In this document: positions 47,930 to 56,051 of the stretch, in pieces
Layout: each line of letters begins with the position of its first letter
Position numbering within the stretch: the first letter of the stretch is position 1
From: Rubrivivax sp.
GTDB taxonomy: Bacteria > Pseudomonadota > Gammaproteobacteria > Burkholderiales > Burkholderiaceae_C
Assembly: GCA_022842595.1 (NCBI GenBank)
Contig: JALHPF010000012.1
Location: 37,358 to 101,357 of the forward strand
Length of the DNA: 64,000 bases
Direction: 5' to 3'
The notes under the pieces: generated by a model
Told to the model about the DNA's origin: nothing
What the model saw: the letters and a program-made list of their open reading frames with translations, nothing else
Databases searched by the model: none
Translations under genes and position numbers: made by a program

Positions 47930-50052
47930 ATGGCCTGAAGGGCTTGCTGCCCGCCCTGAACAACCTCTTCGGCGCCGACCGCGGCGCCGCGATGAAGGCC
48001 CTGCTGCTGCCCGCATTCGTCGTGATGATGCTGGCGATGATGGTGCTGCCGCTGCCGCCCTTTCTGCTGGACCTGCTGTTCACCTTCAACATCGCAATCG
48101 CGCTGATGGTGATGATGGTCTCGGCGCAGATGGTCAAGCCGCTGGACTTCGCGGCCCTGCCCACCGTGCTGCTCGTCACCACCCTGATGCGGCTGAGCCT
48201 GAACGTTGCGTCCACGCGCGTGGTGCTGATGGAAGGCCACACCGGCCCGGGCGCAGCCGGGCAGGTGATCGAGGCCTTCGGCCACTTCCTGATCGGCGGC
48301 AATTTCGCCGTCGGCCTGATCGTCTTCGCGATCCTGGTGGTCATCAACTTCGTCGTCGTCACCAAGGGTGCCGAGCGCATTGCCGAGGTCGGTGCGCGCT
48401 TTGCGCTGGACGCGATGCCGGGCAAGCAGATGGCCATCGACGCCGACCTGAACGCCGGTCTCATCGACGAGAAGGAAGCCCGCCGCCGCCGCGCCGAGGT
48501 GGGCGAGGAAGCCGACTTCTTCGGCAGCATGGACGGCGCCAGCAAGTTCGTCCGCGGCGACGCGATGGCCGGCCTGCTGATCCTGTTCATCACCATCGTC
48601 GGCGGTTTCATCATCGGCATCACCATGCACGGCATGGGCCCGGCCGCAGCGGCCAACAGCTATGTCGTGCTGGCGGTGGGCGACGCGCTGGTGGCGCAGA
48701 TTCCGGCGCTGCTGGTCAGCGTGGCCGCGGCCATGGTGGTCTCGCGCGTGGGCAAGGACCAGGACATCGGCAGCCAGATCCGCGGCCAGGTCTTCACCAG
48801 CCCGAAGGCGCTGGGCATCACCGCTGCCATCATCGGCGCGCTGGGCCTGGTGCCGGGCATGCCGCACATCGTTTTCCTGCTGATCGCCGGGGGCCTGGGC
48901 TGGCTGGCCTGGTCGCTGGCGCAGCAGCAAAGGCGCGCTGCGGCCACGGCTGCGCTGCCGCCCGAACCGGTGGTGACGCCACCCAATGCCGAAGCCAGCT
49001 GGGACGACCTGACGCCGGTGGACACACTCGGCCTCGAAGTGGGCTACCGGCTGATCGCCCTGGTCGACAAGCAGCGCAGCCCGGCGGGCGGCGACCTGCT
49101 CACGCGCATCAAGGGGGTGCGCAAGAAGTTCGCGCAGGACGTCGGCTTCCTGCCGCCGCCCGTGCACATCCGCGACAACCTCGTCGAGCTCAAGCCGGGC
49201 ATGTACCGGGTGACGCTGCGCGGCGCGGTGGTGGGTGAAAGCGAAGCCAACCCGGGGCAGTTCCTGGCCATCAACCCGGGTGGCGTCAGCCTGCAGGTTC
49301 AGCAGCAACTGCCTGGCATCAAGACTACCGACCCGGCCTTCGGCCTGCCCGCGGTCTGGATCGACGAGCGCCAGCGAGAGGCTGCACAGATGGCCGGATT
49401 TACGGTTGTTGATTGCGCGACCGTGGTGGCCACCCACCTCTCACACTTGATGCAGGTGAATGCGGCGCGTCTGCTGGGCCGGGTCGAGACCCAGCAGCTC
49501 GTGGAACACGTCACCAAACTGGCCCCCCAATTGATCGAGGATGTCGTACCCAAGATGGTCGGAATTGCCACCCTTCAGAGAGTCCTGCAGCTGCTGCTGG
49601 AAGAAGGTGTGCACATCCGCGACATGCGCAGCATCGTCGAATGCCTGGCCGAGCATGCCAGCACCGTCACCGACCCCGCCGAGCTCGCCCGCCGCATCCG
49701 CGTGCATCTGGCCCCGGCGATCGTCCAGCAGATCTACGGTCCGGTGAAGGAACTCGACGTCATCGCGCTCGACCCCGAACTCGAACGCCTCGTCACCCAG
49801 GCCCTCACCAGCCCGCATGGCGCGGCGCTGGACCCGGGCGTGGCCGAGACGCTGAGCCGCAGCGCGGCCGACAACGCCCGCCGCCAGGAAGACCTGGGCC
49901 ACCCGGCCTGCCTGCTGGTGCCCGACCTCATCCGCGCGCCGATGGCGCGGCTGCTCAAGCGCGCTGCGCCACGGCTGAAGGTGCTGGGCCACAGCGAGAT
50001 TCCGGAAACGCATTCCATCCGTATCGGTTCGATCATAGGTAGCACGACATGA
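47926..50052 (+). CDS. flhA: flagellar export apparatus protein FlhA
   Basis: 708 aa with conserved TM region (FPTVLLVTTLMRLSLNVASTR, RFALDAMPGKQMAIDADL). GTGA overlap with flhB. Confidence 0.95.
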   Translation: MNGLKGLLPALNNLFGADRGAAMKALLLPAFVVMMLAMMVLPLPPFLLDLLFTFNIAIALMVMMVSAQMVKPLDFAALPTVLLVTTLMRLSLNVASTRVVLMEGHTGPGAAGQVIEAFGHFLIGGNFAVGLIVFAILVVINFVVVTKGAERIAEVGARFALDAMPGKQMAIDADLNAGLIDEKEARRRRAEVGEEADFFGSMDGASKFVRGDAMAGLLILFITIVGGFIIGITMHGMGPAAAANSYVVLAVGDALVAQIPALLVSVAAAMVVSRVGKDQDIGSQIRGQVFTSPKALGITAAIIGALGLVPGMPHIVFLLIAGGLGWLAWSLAQQQRRAAATAALPPEPVVTPPNAEASWDDLTPVDTLGLEVGYRLIALVDKQRSPAGGDLLTRIKGVRKKFAQDVGFLPPPVHIRDNLVELKPGMYRVTLRGAVVGESEANPGQFLAINPGGVSLQVQQQLPGIKTTDPAFGLPAVWIDERQREAAQMAGFTVVDCATVVATHLSHLMQVNAARLLGRVETQQLVEHVTKLAPQLIEDVVPKMVGIATLQRVLQLLLEEGVHIRDMRSIVECLAEHASTVTDPAELARRIRVHLAPAIVQQIYGPVKELDVIALDPELERLVTQALTSPHGAALDPGVAETLSRSAADNARRQEDLGHPACLLVPDLIRAPMARLLKRAAPRLKVLGHSEIPETHSIRIGSIIGSTT

Positions 50053-51740
50053 ACATGAAGCGGTTCACCGCCCGTACCTCGCGCGAGGCCCTGGCCATGG
50101 TGCGCGAAGCCTTCGGCAACGAAGCCATCGTCATGTCCAACAAGCCGTGCCCCGAGGGCGTGGAAGTGCTGGCCATGGCGCCGGACGGCCTGCAGCAGAT
50201 CGAACGCGTGGGTGCCACGGCCACGCCGGTGCGCGCCCCGGTGCGCCAGGCCGCTGCACCAGCAGCGCCCGCGCAGCATGCCGCACCTGCCGCTGCACCT
50301 GCCGCCGCCCCGGCTGCACGACGCTTTGCCGAACGTGTCGAGCCGCGCATGGACGCCGACCCGGAAGCGGTGCAGGGCGTCGCCGAAGACGTGGAACAGC
50401 TGCAGATGAGCACGCTGTCGTTCCAGGACTACGTGCGTGAACGCATGCTGCGCCGTCGCCGCGCCGAGATGCAGGCCGAAGCCGCCCCGGTGGCGCCGCC
50501 CGCACCGCCCGTCGTTGCCCCGATCGAGGCCGCCCGCACCCGTCTGGCCGCGCAGCGCCAGGCTGCGCCGGCGCCGGTTCAGGCTGCACCGCTGGCTGCC
50601 ACGCCGCAGCCGGTGTCCCGCGCCGCGGCGACGCCCCCGGCACTGCCGGTGCTGCGCGACGAGGTGCACCTGGCCGACGCTGCGCCTGCCCGCCCGACCC
50701 TGAGTGCGCAGCCGGCCGTCAGCGCCCTGGCCGCCACGCACGATGAACAAGTCGAGATGCTGACCGAGCTGCGTTCGATGCGTGGCTTGATCGAGCAGCG
50801 CTTCGGCGCCCTGGCCTTCATGGAAAAGCTGCAGCGGCAGCCGCGCCAGGCGCTGCTGTCGCAACGCCTGCTCGAGGCCGGGTACTCGCCCGCGCTCATC
50901 CGCAAGCTCGTCGAGAGCCTGCCGGCCGATGTCGACGAGATGCACTGGGCCCAAGGCGTGCTGGAACGCAACCTGATGACCGGCGAACGCGACGCCGCGC
51001 TCGAAGACACCGGCGGCGTGTTTGCGCTGGTCGGTGCCACGGGGGTGGGCAAGACCACCAGCACCGCCAAGCTCGCCGCGGCGTTTGCCACGCGCCACGG
51101 GGCCGCACACCTGGGCCTGATCACGCTCGACGCCTACCGCGTGGCCGCCCACGAACAGCTGCGCACCTACGGCCGAATCCTGGGCGTGCCGGTGCATACC
51201 GCACACGACCGCGCCAGCCTGGAAGACCTGCTCGACCTGCTCAGCGCCAAGAAGATGGTGCTGATCGACACCGCCGGCATGGCCCAGCGCGACAGCCGCA
51301 CCCGCGAACTGCTGGACATGCTGTCGCACCGCAGCATCCAGCGCCTGATGGTGGTGAACAGCGCCGCCCAGGGCGAGACCATCGAAGACCAGCTCGCGGC
51401 CTATGCCGCCCCCAGCTGCCGCGGTGTCATCCTGTCCAAGCTCGACGAGGCCGTGAAGCTGGGACCGGCACTGGATTCGATGATCCGCCACAAGCTCAAG
51501 GTGCTGGCCGTGGCCAACGGCCAGCGTGTGCCCGAGGACTGGCACCGCCTTTCGGCCCATGCCCTGGTGCAGCGTTCGATGAAAAACGCCAGCGGCGCGG
51601 CCTGGAAGCTCGACGGCAGCGACGTCAGCCTCATCTTCGCCGGCCTGCCGTCTGCGCAGGGCATGGCCGACGGCCTGCCCGCGATGGCCGCCCTGCACAC
51701 CCAGGGCAGCCATGCCCCAGGCCAGCGCCTGCATGCCTGA
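50049..51740 (+). CDS. flhF: flagellar biosynthesis GTPase FlhF
   Basis: MKRFTARTSREALAMVREAFGNEAIVMSNK N-terminus and SRP-type G domain (LVGATGVGKTTSTAKLAA, DTAGMAQRD, SKLDEA). An approximately 250-aa Ala/Pro-rich spacer lies between them. Confidence 0.85.
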   Translation: MNMKRFTARTSREALAMVREAFGNEAIVMSNKPCPEGVEVLAMAPDGLQQIERVGATATPVRAPVRQAAAPAAPAQHAAPAAAPAAAPAARRFAERVEPRMDADPEAVQGVAEDVEQLQMSTLSFQDYVRERMLRRRRAEMQAEAAPVAPPAPPVVAPIEAARTRLAAQRQAAPAPVQAAPLAATPQPVSRAAATPPALPVLRDEVHLADAAPARPTLSAQPAVSALAATHDEQVEMLTELRSMRGLIEQRFGALAFMEKLQRQPRQALLSQRLLEAGYSPALIRKLVESLPADVDEMHWAQGVLERNLMTGERDAALEDTGGVFALVGATGVGKTTSTAKLAAAFATRHGAAHLGLITLDAYRVAAHEQLRTYGRILGVPVHTAHDRASLEDLLDLLSAKKMVLIDTAGMAQRDSRTRELLDMLSHRSIQRLMVVNSAAQGETIEDQLAAYAAPSCRGVILSKLDEAVKLGPALDSMIRHKLKVLAVANGQRVPEDWHRLSAHALVQRSMKNASGAAWKLDGSDVSLIFAGLPSAQGMADGLPAMAALHTQGSHAPGQRLHA

Positions 51741-51747
51741 AGCCACC

Positions 51748-52560
51748 ATGCCCAACCCGATGCGTGACTTCTATGCCCCCAGCGGCCCGGCGCCACTGGA
51801 CCAGGCCGACGGCCTGCGCCGGCTGTTTGCCGGCGGTGCGCAGCAACGCGTGCTGCCGCTCGTGGCCAACCCGCATGTCGCCTTCGGCGGCGTGGTGCTG
51901 GACCGCCTGGCCGCGGTGCTGGCCGCCAGCGGCCGCCAGGTGCTGGTGGTCGACGCCGGCGCGGGCGCGCCGATGGCCGACGAACTGGCTCGGCTGAACC
52001 TGGCCGTTTGCATCGAACGCATTGCCCCGCGGGTGGCTTACCTGCCGGCGCGTGGGCTGCCGCTGTCCTATGTCGACACCCGCGGTTCGGCGGGCGGTTT
52101 CATCGACGCGCTGCAGGCCGCCGCGCCCTGGGCCGATGTCGTGCTGCTGCATGCCGAAAGCCACGAGATGGCGCGGCTGCTGGTGCGCCGCAGCGCCAGG
52201 CCGATGCTCGTGGGCGCCGACCACCCGGAGAGCATCAAGCACGCCTACGCCAGCCTGAAGCTGCTGGCACAGCGCTGCGGCCTGATGAGCTTCGACCTTC
52301 TGCTGGCGGCTTCACCGCTGTCGCCGCGCGCGGACGGCATTGCCCTGAGCCTGGCGCAATGCGCCGACAACTTCCTGGGCGCCTGGTTGCACCACAGCGC
52401 CGTGATCGACCCTGCTGGCGATGTGTCGGAGCTTGCCGACGACACCCTGCAAAGCCTGCTGGCTGGCCAGCTGGCGCTGGACGAGCCGGCCTGGAATCCG
52501 GCGCTCGCCGGTGCCAGCGGCCGGGCGCAGATGCCGAACGCGCAGGTCCAGCGCGTCTAG
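51748..52560 (+). CDS. FlhG/MinD-fold protein lacking the Walker A motif
   Basis: Occupies the flhG position, after flhF and before fliA. MinD/ParA-like outline VLPLVANPHVAFGGVVLDRLAAVLAASGRQVLVVDAG...DVVLLHA...HPESIKHAYASLKLL, but the deviant Walker A (KGGxGK[ST]) is replaced by NPHVAFGG. Confidence 0.65.
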   Translation: MPNPMRDFYAPSGPAPLDQADGLRRLFAGGAQQRVLPLVANPHVAFGGVVLDRLAAVLAASGRQVLVVDAGAGAPMADELARLNLAVCIERIAPRVAYLPARGLPLSYVDTRGSAGGFIDALQAAAPWADVVLLHAESHEMARLLVRRSARPMLVGADHPESIKHAYASLKLLAQRCGLMSFDLLLAASPLSPRADGIALSLAQCADNFLGAWLHHSAVIDPAGDVSELADDTLQSLLAGQLALDEPAWNPALAGASGRAQMPNAQVQRV

Positions 52561-52628
52561 CGCCAGGCCAGAGCGCTCCAAGAACCCGTTCCCCGAACCC
52601 ACGCATTCCTCGAAGAAAAGGGCGACCC

Positions 52629-53342
52629 ATGTACACCGCCAAGGGACAACTCGACGCCGGCCAGTTGCTCAAGCAATACAGCCCGCTGGTACGACGCCTG
52701 GCCCACCAGATGATCGCCAAGCTGCCTGCCAACGTCGAGCTGGACGACCTGATCCAGGTCGGCATGATCGGCCTGAGCGACGCGCTCAGCCGCTTCGACG
52801 CCGGCCAGGGCGTGCAGTTCGAAACCTTCGCCACCCAGCGCATCCGTGGGGCCATGCTCGACGAACTGCGTGGCAACGACTGGATGAGCCGCGGCGACCG
52901 CCGCCACCAGCGCAGCATCGAAGCCGCCGTTCACAAGCTCGAGCAACGTTTTGGCCGCGCGCCGAGCGAAGGCGAGATCGCGCGCGAGATGGGCCTGAGC
53001 CTGACCGACTACCAGGAACTGCTGGGCAAGGTGCGCGGCACCCAGCTCATCTACCTGGAAGACATGAGCGGCGACGACGGCGACGAAGACTTCCTCGACC
53101 GCCACGTCGCCGACGACGACGCCAACCCGGTGGCGCGGCTGCAGGACCAGCGCATGCGCGAGGCCCTGGTCGAGGCCATCAAGAACCTGCCCGAACGCGA
53201 GCAGTACGTGATGAGCATGTACTACGAGCACGACATGAACCTGAAGGAGATCGCCGCGGTGCTGGGCGTGACCGAAAGCCGGGTGTGCCAGCTGCACAGC
53301 CAGAGCATCGCGCGCCTGCGGACGCGGCTGCGCGAGTGGTAG
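52629..53342 (+). CDS. fliA: flagellar sigma factor FliA (sigma28)
   Basis: Internal ATG 52629. Region 2 DDLIQVGMIGLSDALSRFD...FETFATQRIRGAMLDELR and region 4.2 LKEIAAVLGVTESRVCQLHSQSIARLR. Confidence 0.9.
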   Translation: MYTAKGQLDAGQLLKQYSPLVRRLAHQMIAKLPANVELDDLIQVGMIGLSDALSRFDAGQGVQFETFATQRIRGAMLDELRGNDWMSRGDRRHQRSIEAAVHKLEQRFGRAPSEGEIAREMGLSLTDYQELLGKVRGTQLIYLEDMSGDDGDEDFLDRHVADDDANPVARLQDQRMREALVEAIKNLPEREQYVMSMYYEHDMNLKEIAAVLGVTESRVCQLHSQSIARLRTRLREW

Positions 53343-53366
53343 GCCCGGCGCGCGCGGCGGGCTGAG

Positions 53367-55013
53367 TCAGTCGACGCGGTCGGTGCGGCGCAGCTGCACA
53401 CACTGCGGGTGCTGGCGCGATGCGGCTGCCGAGCATTCGCGCTGCATGCAGCGATACAGCGAAAAAGGCGTGCGCTCGCCGCAGCTTTCGCGCGGGCTTC
53501 GGGTCTGGCCGACCGCCTTCGCGGCAGCCGTCGTCGCCGCTGGCAGGGCTGGTGTCGGCGCTGGTTGTGGCGCTGGTTGTCGCGCTGGTTTCTGCACGGG
53601 CGGCGGCGTTTCGACTATCGCCGTCGGTGCCGGCCCGGCAGCGGGTGCGGGAAGCGCATCGAAGTCGGCCACCGGCGCTGCGGCCACCGTTACGGGCGGC
53701 GCGGCTGCTGGCGCCTGGACCGAGGCCATGGCCGGCGTGACCTGACTCATCGGGTTCGAAGAGCTCGCCGGAGTCAGCGCAGGTTCAGCCGGCAGCCACC
53801 AGATCCAGGCCATCACGGCCGCCGTTGCCAGCCCCGTCACGCTGGCCAGGGCGAGGGCCCGCGCCTTCGTTGGAGCCGGGGCTGACGCCAAGGATGCCGG
53901 GTCTTCCTTCACAGCATCGGCTGCCATGTCCGTGCGGGTGGGCGGAATCGGCGGCGGAAACGTCGACGTCAACGGCGGCGCGAATGGCGGCGCGAACGGC
54001 GGCGGTTCGATGCGTTCGCCCACCAGGTCGCGCGGCGGCAGCGCGGCGATGACGCTGCGCACGGCCCGTGTCGCCACCTCGTCGTCGACGAGAACCGGCC
54101 GGGGCGCGGGCGTGGGTCGTGCCTGGTCCAGCCATTCGCGGAACTCGGTGGCCGTCTGCGGCCGGCGTGCGATGTCGATGTCGGCGGCGAGGTCGAGCAC
54201 GTGCAACAAGCCGGGTGGGTAGCGCATGGCCCGGTGCGCTGCCGAGAGCCCGTCGACCACCATCGCCAGGGGGGGTGACGCTGCGTCCAGGTGCGGTGCG
54301 GGCACTTCGCCGGTGATGCAGTAGCGCGCCACCCGCGCGAGGGCATGGCAGTCGCTCCAGGCGCCGACCGGCGCAGCGGCTGCCTTCGATTGCAGTTCCG
54401 GCGCGGCATAGGTGTCGGCCAATGCCGACCCGCCGGTGCGCGGCGCCAGCAGCAGGCTGCTGTCGTCGTCGAGCACGAGGATGCGCCCGGGGTGAACCGC
54501 GCCATGCACGGTGCCCGCGTCATGGAACACCTGCAGCGCGGCCAGCATCTCGTGCAGCAGGCCCAGCAGCACCGCTGCGTCGGGCGGGCCGGGCATGCGC
54601 TGGCGCAGCCGCTGCAGGCACTGGCCAGGGTACGAGGGGTGCACGCGGTAGGCGGTGCCCTGCGCCAGCAGCACGTGCAACACGCGCAGCAGGTGCGGAT
54701 GATCGGCCTGCGCCAGGCAGCGTGTCTGCGCCAGGAAGTGGTCCAGCCCTGCGGCATAAGCGGGCGCGAGCGCGCTCGTGGCGGCCGAGACTTCACCGGC
54801 CTCGCCCCGCCTTGCCAGCGCCGGCGGCAGGTACTCGGTGACGACCACCGGGCGCTGCAGGGCCAGATCCCAGGCGCGGTAGCTGCGGCAGTCGTCGACC
54901 ACACCATCGGCTTCGAGTTCAGCCTGCAGCTCGAAGCCGTGCAGGCAGTGGCCTATCGGCAGGGCAGGTGGCAAAAGCACCTGGGCAGGCTCGGCCGGCG
55001 GGTTCTTGTTCAT
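53367..55013 (-). CDS. membrane-anchored protein-kinase-like protein with degenerate catalytic motifs (pseudokinase) and C-terminal Cys motif
   Basis: Hanks-kinase outline with YRAWDLALQRPVVVTEY (no VAIK lysine), VHGAVHPGRILV at the HRDxKxxN position, no DFG, and YAAPEL retained. This is followed by a Pro/Ala linker, one TM (LALASVTGLATAAVMAWIWWL) and the tail CGERTPFSLYRCMQRECSAAASRQHPQC. Confidence 0.65.
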   Translation of the reverse strand: MNKNPPAEPAQVLLPPALPIGHCLHGFELQAELEADGVVDDCRSYRAWDLALQRPVVVTEYLPPALARRGEAGEVSAATSALAPAYAAGLDHFLAQTRCLAQADHPHLLRVLHVLLAQGTAYRVHPSYPGQCLQRLRQRMPGPPDAAVLLGLLHEMLAALQVFHDAGTVHGAVHPGRILVLDDDSSLLLAPRTGGSALADTYAAPELQSKAAAAPVGAWSDCHALARVARYCITGEVPAPHLDAASPPLAMVVDGLSAAHRAMRYPPGLLHVLDLAADIDIARRPQTATEFREWLDQARPTPAPRPVLVDDEVATRAVRSVIAALPPRDLVGERIEPPPFAPPFAPPLTSTFPPPIPPTRTDMAADAVKEDPASLASAPAPTKARALALASVTGLATAAVMAWIWWLPAEPALTPASSSNPMSQVTPAMASVQAPAAAPPVTVAAAPVADFDALPAPAAGPAPTAIVETPPPVQKPARQPAPQPAPTPALPAATTAAAKAVGQTRSPRESCGERTPFSLYRCMQRECSAAASRQHPQCVQLRRTDRVD

Positions 55014-55173
55014 GCCACGACCATAGCTGGCCGGGCCGTGACACTGTGAGCCGATGTTCGGCCTGCTGCGCCTGAGTGCAGGCAGGCCGTCGGCGCGCGC
55101 TGCGTTCGCTTACGAATGCGGGGCGGCGCGGCTGGTTCGCTGAACCTGCCGGGCGTGCCCGGCCAGCCGGGCG

Positions 55174-55584
55174 TCAGGCCAGAAGGCTGCCGCTGGAAGC
55201 GTTGCGGCTGCTCTGGCCGTCGACGCCATAGACCGCGGCGTTGCGCGGCGTATGCAACTCGGGCAGCAAGACGTCCATGGCGCGGTCGAGCGCCGCGGTG
55301 GCGCGGGCCAGGGCTTCGCGCTGTGCGGCCACCTGGCCGCCGGCCACGGCCAGGCGTTGACGCAAGGGCAGTGGCACCCCGCCGCTGCGAGCGGCCAGGC
55401 TGAAGTGCTGGACTGCGGCGGCCAGCGCAGCATGCAGGGCGGTGGCCTCGCGGTCGACAGCGGCGGCGTCCTGCCGGTGCAGGGCCTCGCCGAGCGCACT
55501 CAGGCGGTCTTCAACCGCCTGGACAGGGCCTTCGAGTTCGGCCACGCGCTGCAGGGCAAGGTGTTCGGAAGGCGTCGTCAGCAT
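55174..55584 (-). CDS. flgN: flagellar export chaperone FlgN-like
   Basis: 136-aa helical Ala/Leu-rich protein immediately downstream of flgM, the conserved flgMN arrangement. The sequence alone is weakly diagnostic. Confidence 0.65.
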   Translation of the reverse strand: MLTTPSEHLALQRVAELEGPVQAVEDRLSALGEALHRQDAAAVDREATALHAALAAAVQHFSLAARSGGVPLPLRQRLAVAGGQVAAQREALARATAALDRAMDVLLPELHTPRNAAVYGVDGQSSRNASSGSLLA

Positions 55585-55601
55585 GGTGGCGGCTTCTCGG
55601 G

Positions 55602-55907
55602 TCAGCTGGTCTTGCGGCCGAGCAGTTCCTGCGCGTTCTGGATCAGCTTGTCGGCAATGGCTTCGGCATTGACTTCGAACTTGCCGTCGCGGATGGCCTG
55701 GGCGATGCGGTCGACCTTGGCGGTGTCGAACGTCGGGTCGGCCTCGGCGGCTGCCAGCACGCTGGCCGACGCCGACAGCTTGACCTGGGCGCTGGGCTCG
55801 GGGGTGGACACGGCCGGCCCGCCATCGGTCTTGATGGGCGTCGACACCTTGCGGTCTGAACCGCCAGGGGTGGCGACGGGCTTGGTGTCAGTGGAACCGA
55901 TCTTCAT
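55602..55907 (-). CDS. flgM: anti-sigma28 factor FlgM
   Basis: 101 aa with a disordered N-half and a C-terminal DTAKVDRIAQAIRDGKFEVNAEAIADKLIQNAQELL, typical of FlgM. GGAG is present upstream of the start. Confidence 0.85.
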   Translation of the reverse strand: MKIGSTDTKPVATPGGSDRKVSTPIKTDGGPAVSTPEPSAQVKLSASASVLAAAEADPTFDTAKVDRIAQAIRDGKFEVNAEAIADKLIQNAQELLGRKTS

Positions 55908-55950
55908 GGTGAACTCCTGTCCGTGGCACGAGAGGGTGCAAACCCTTCGA

Positions 55951-55978
55951 CATGCCTGTGCTATCGGCGGCTGGTCGT
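55951..55978 (-). promoter_or_regulatory. sigma28-type promoter for flgMN
   Basis: The minus strand reads TAAAG-N15-GCCGATAG, ending 43 nt upstream of the flgM ATG. Confidence 0.55.
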
Positions 55979-56051
55979 GGCGACTTTAGTGCCACAAGCA
56001 TGATTTTCACGTATTCCCCCGGAATGCGGGGGGTGCGCAGCCGAAGCGGCG

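Noticed and set aside
47731-51755. 568-aa and 673-aa ORFs antisense to flhA and flhF
   Set aside because: They lie opposite strongly supported flagellar genes. They are Arg/Gly/His-rich with no domain-like segments.
55923-55939. Plus-strand TGGCAC-N-GGTGCA near the flgM start
   Set aside because: The GG-to-GC spacing is off by one. It points away from any plus-strand gene, since flgA on the minus strand lies in between.
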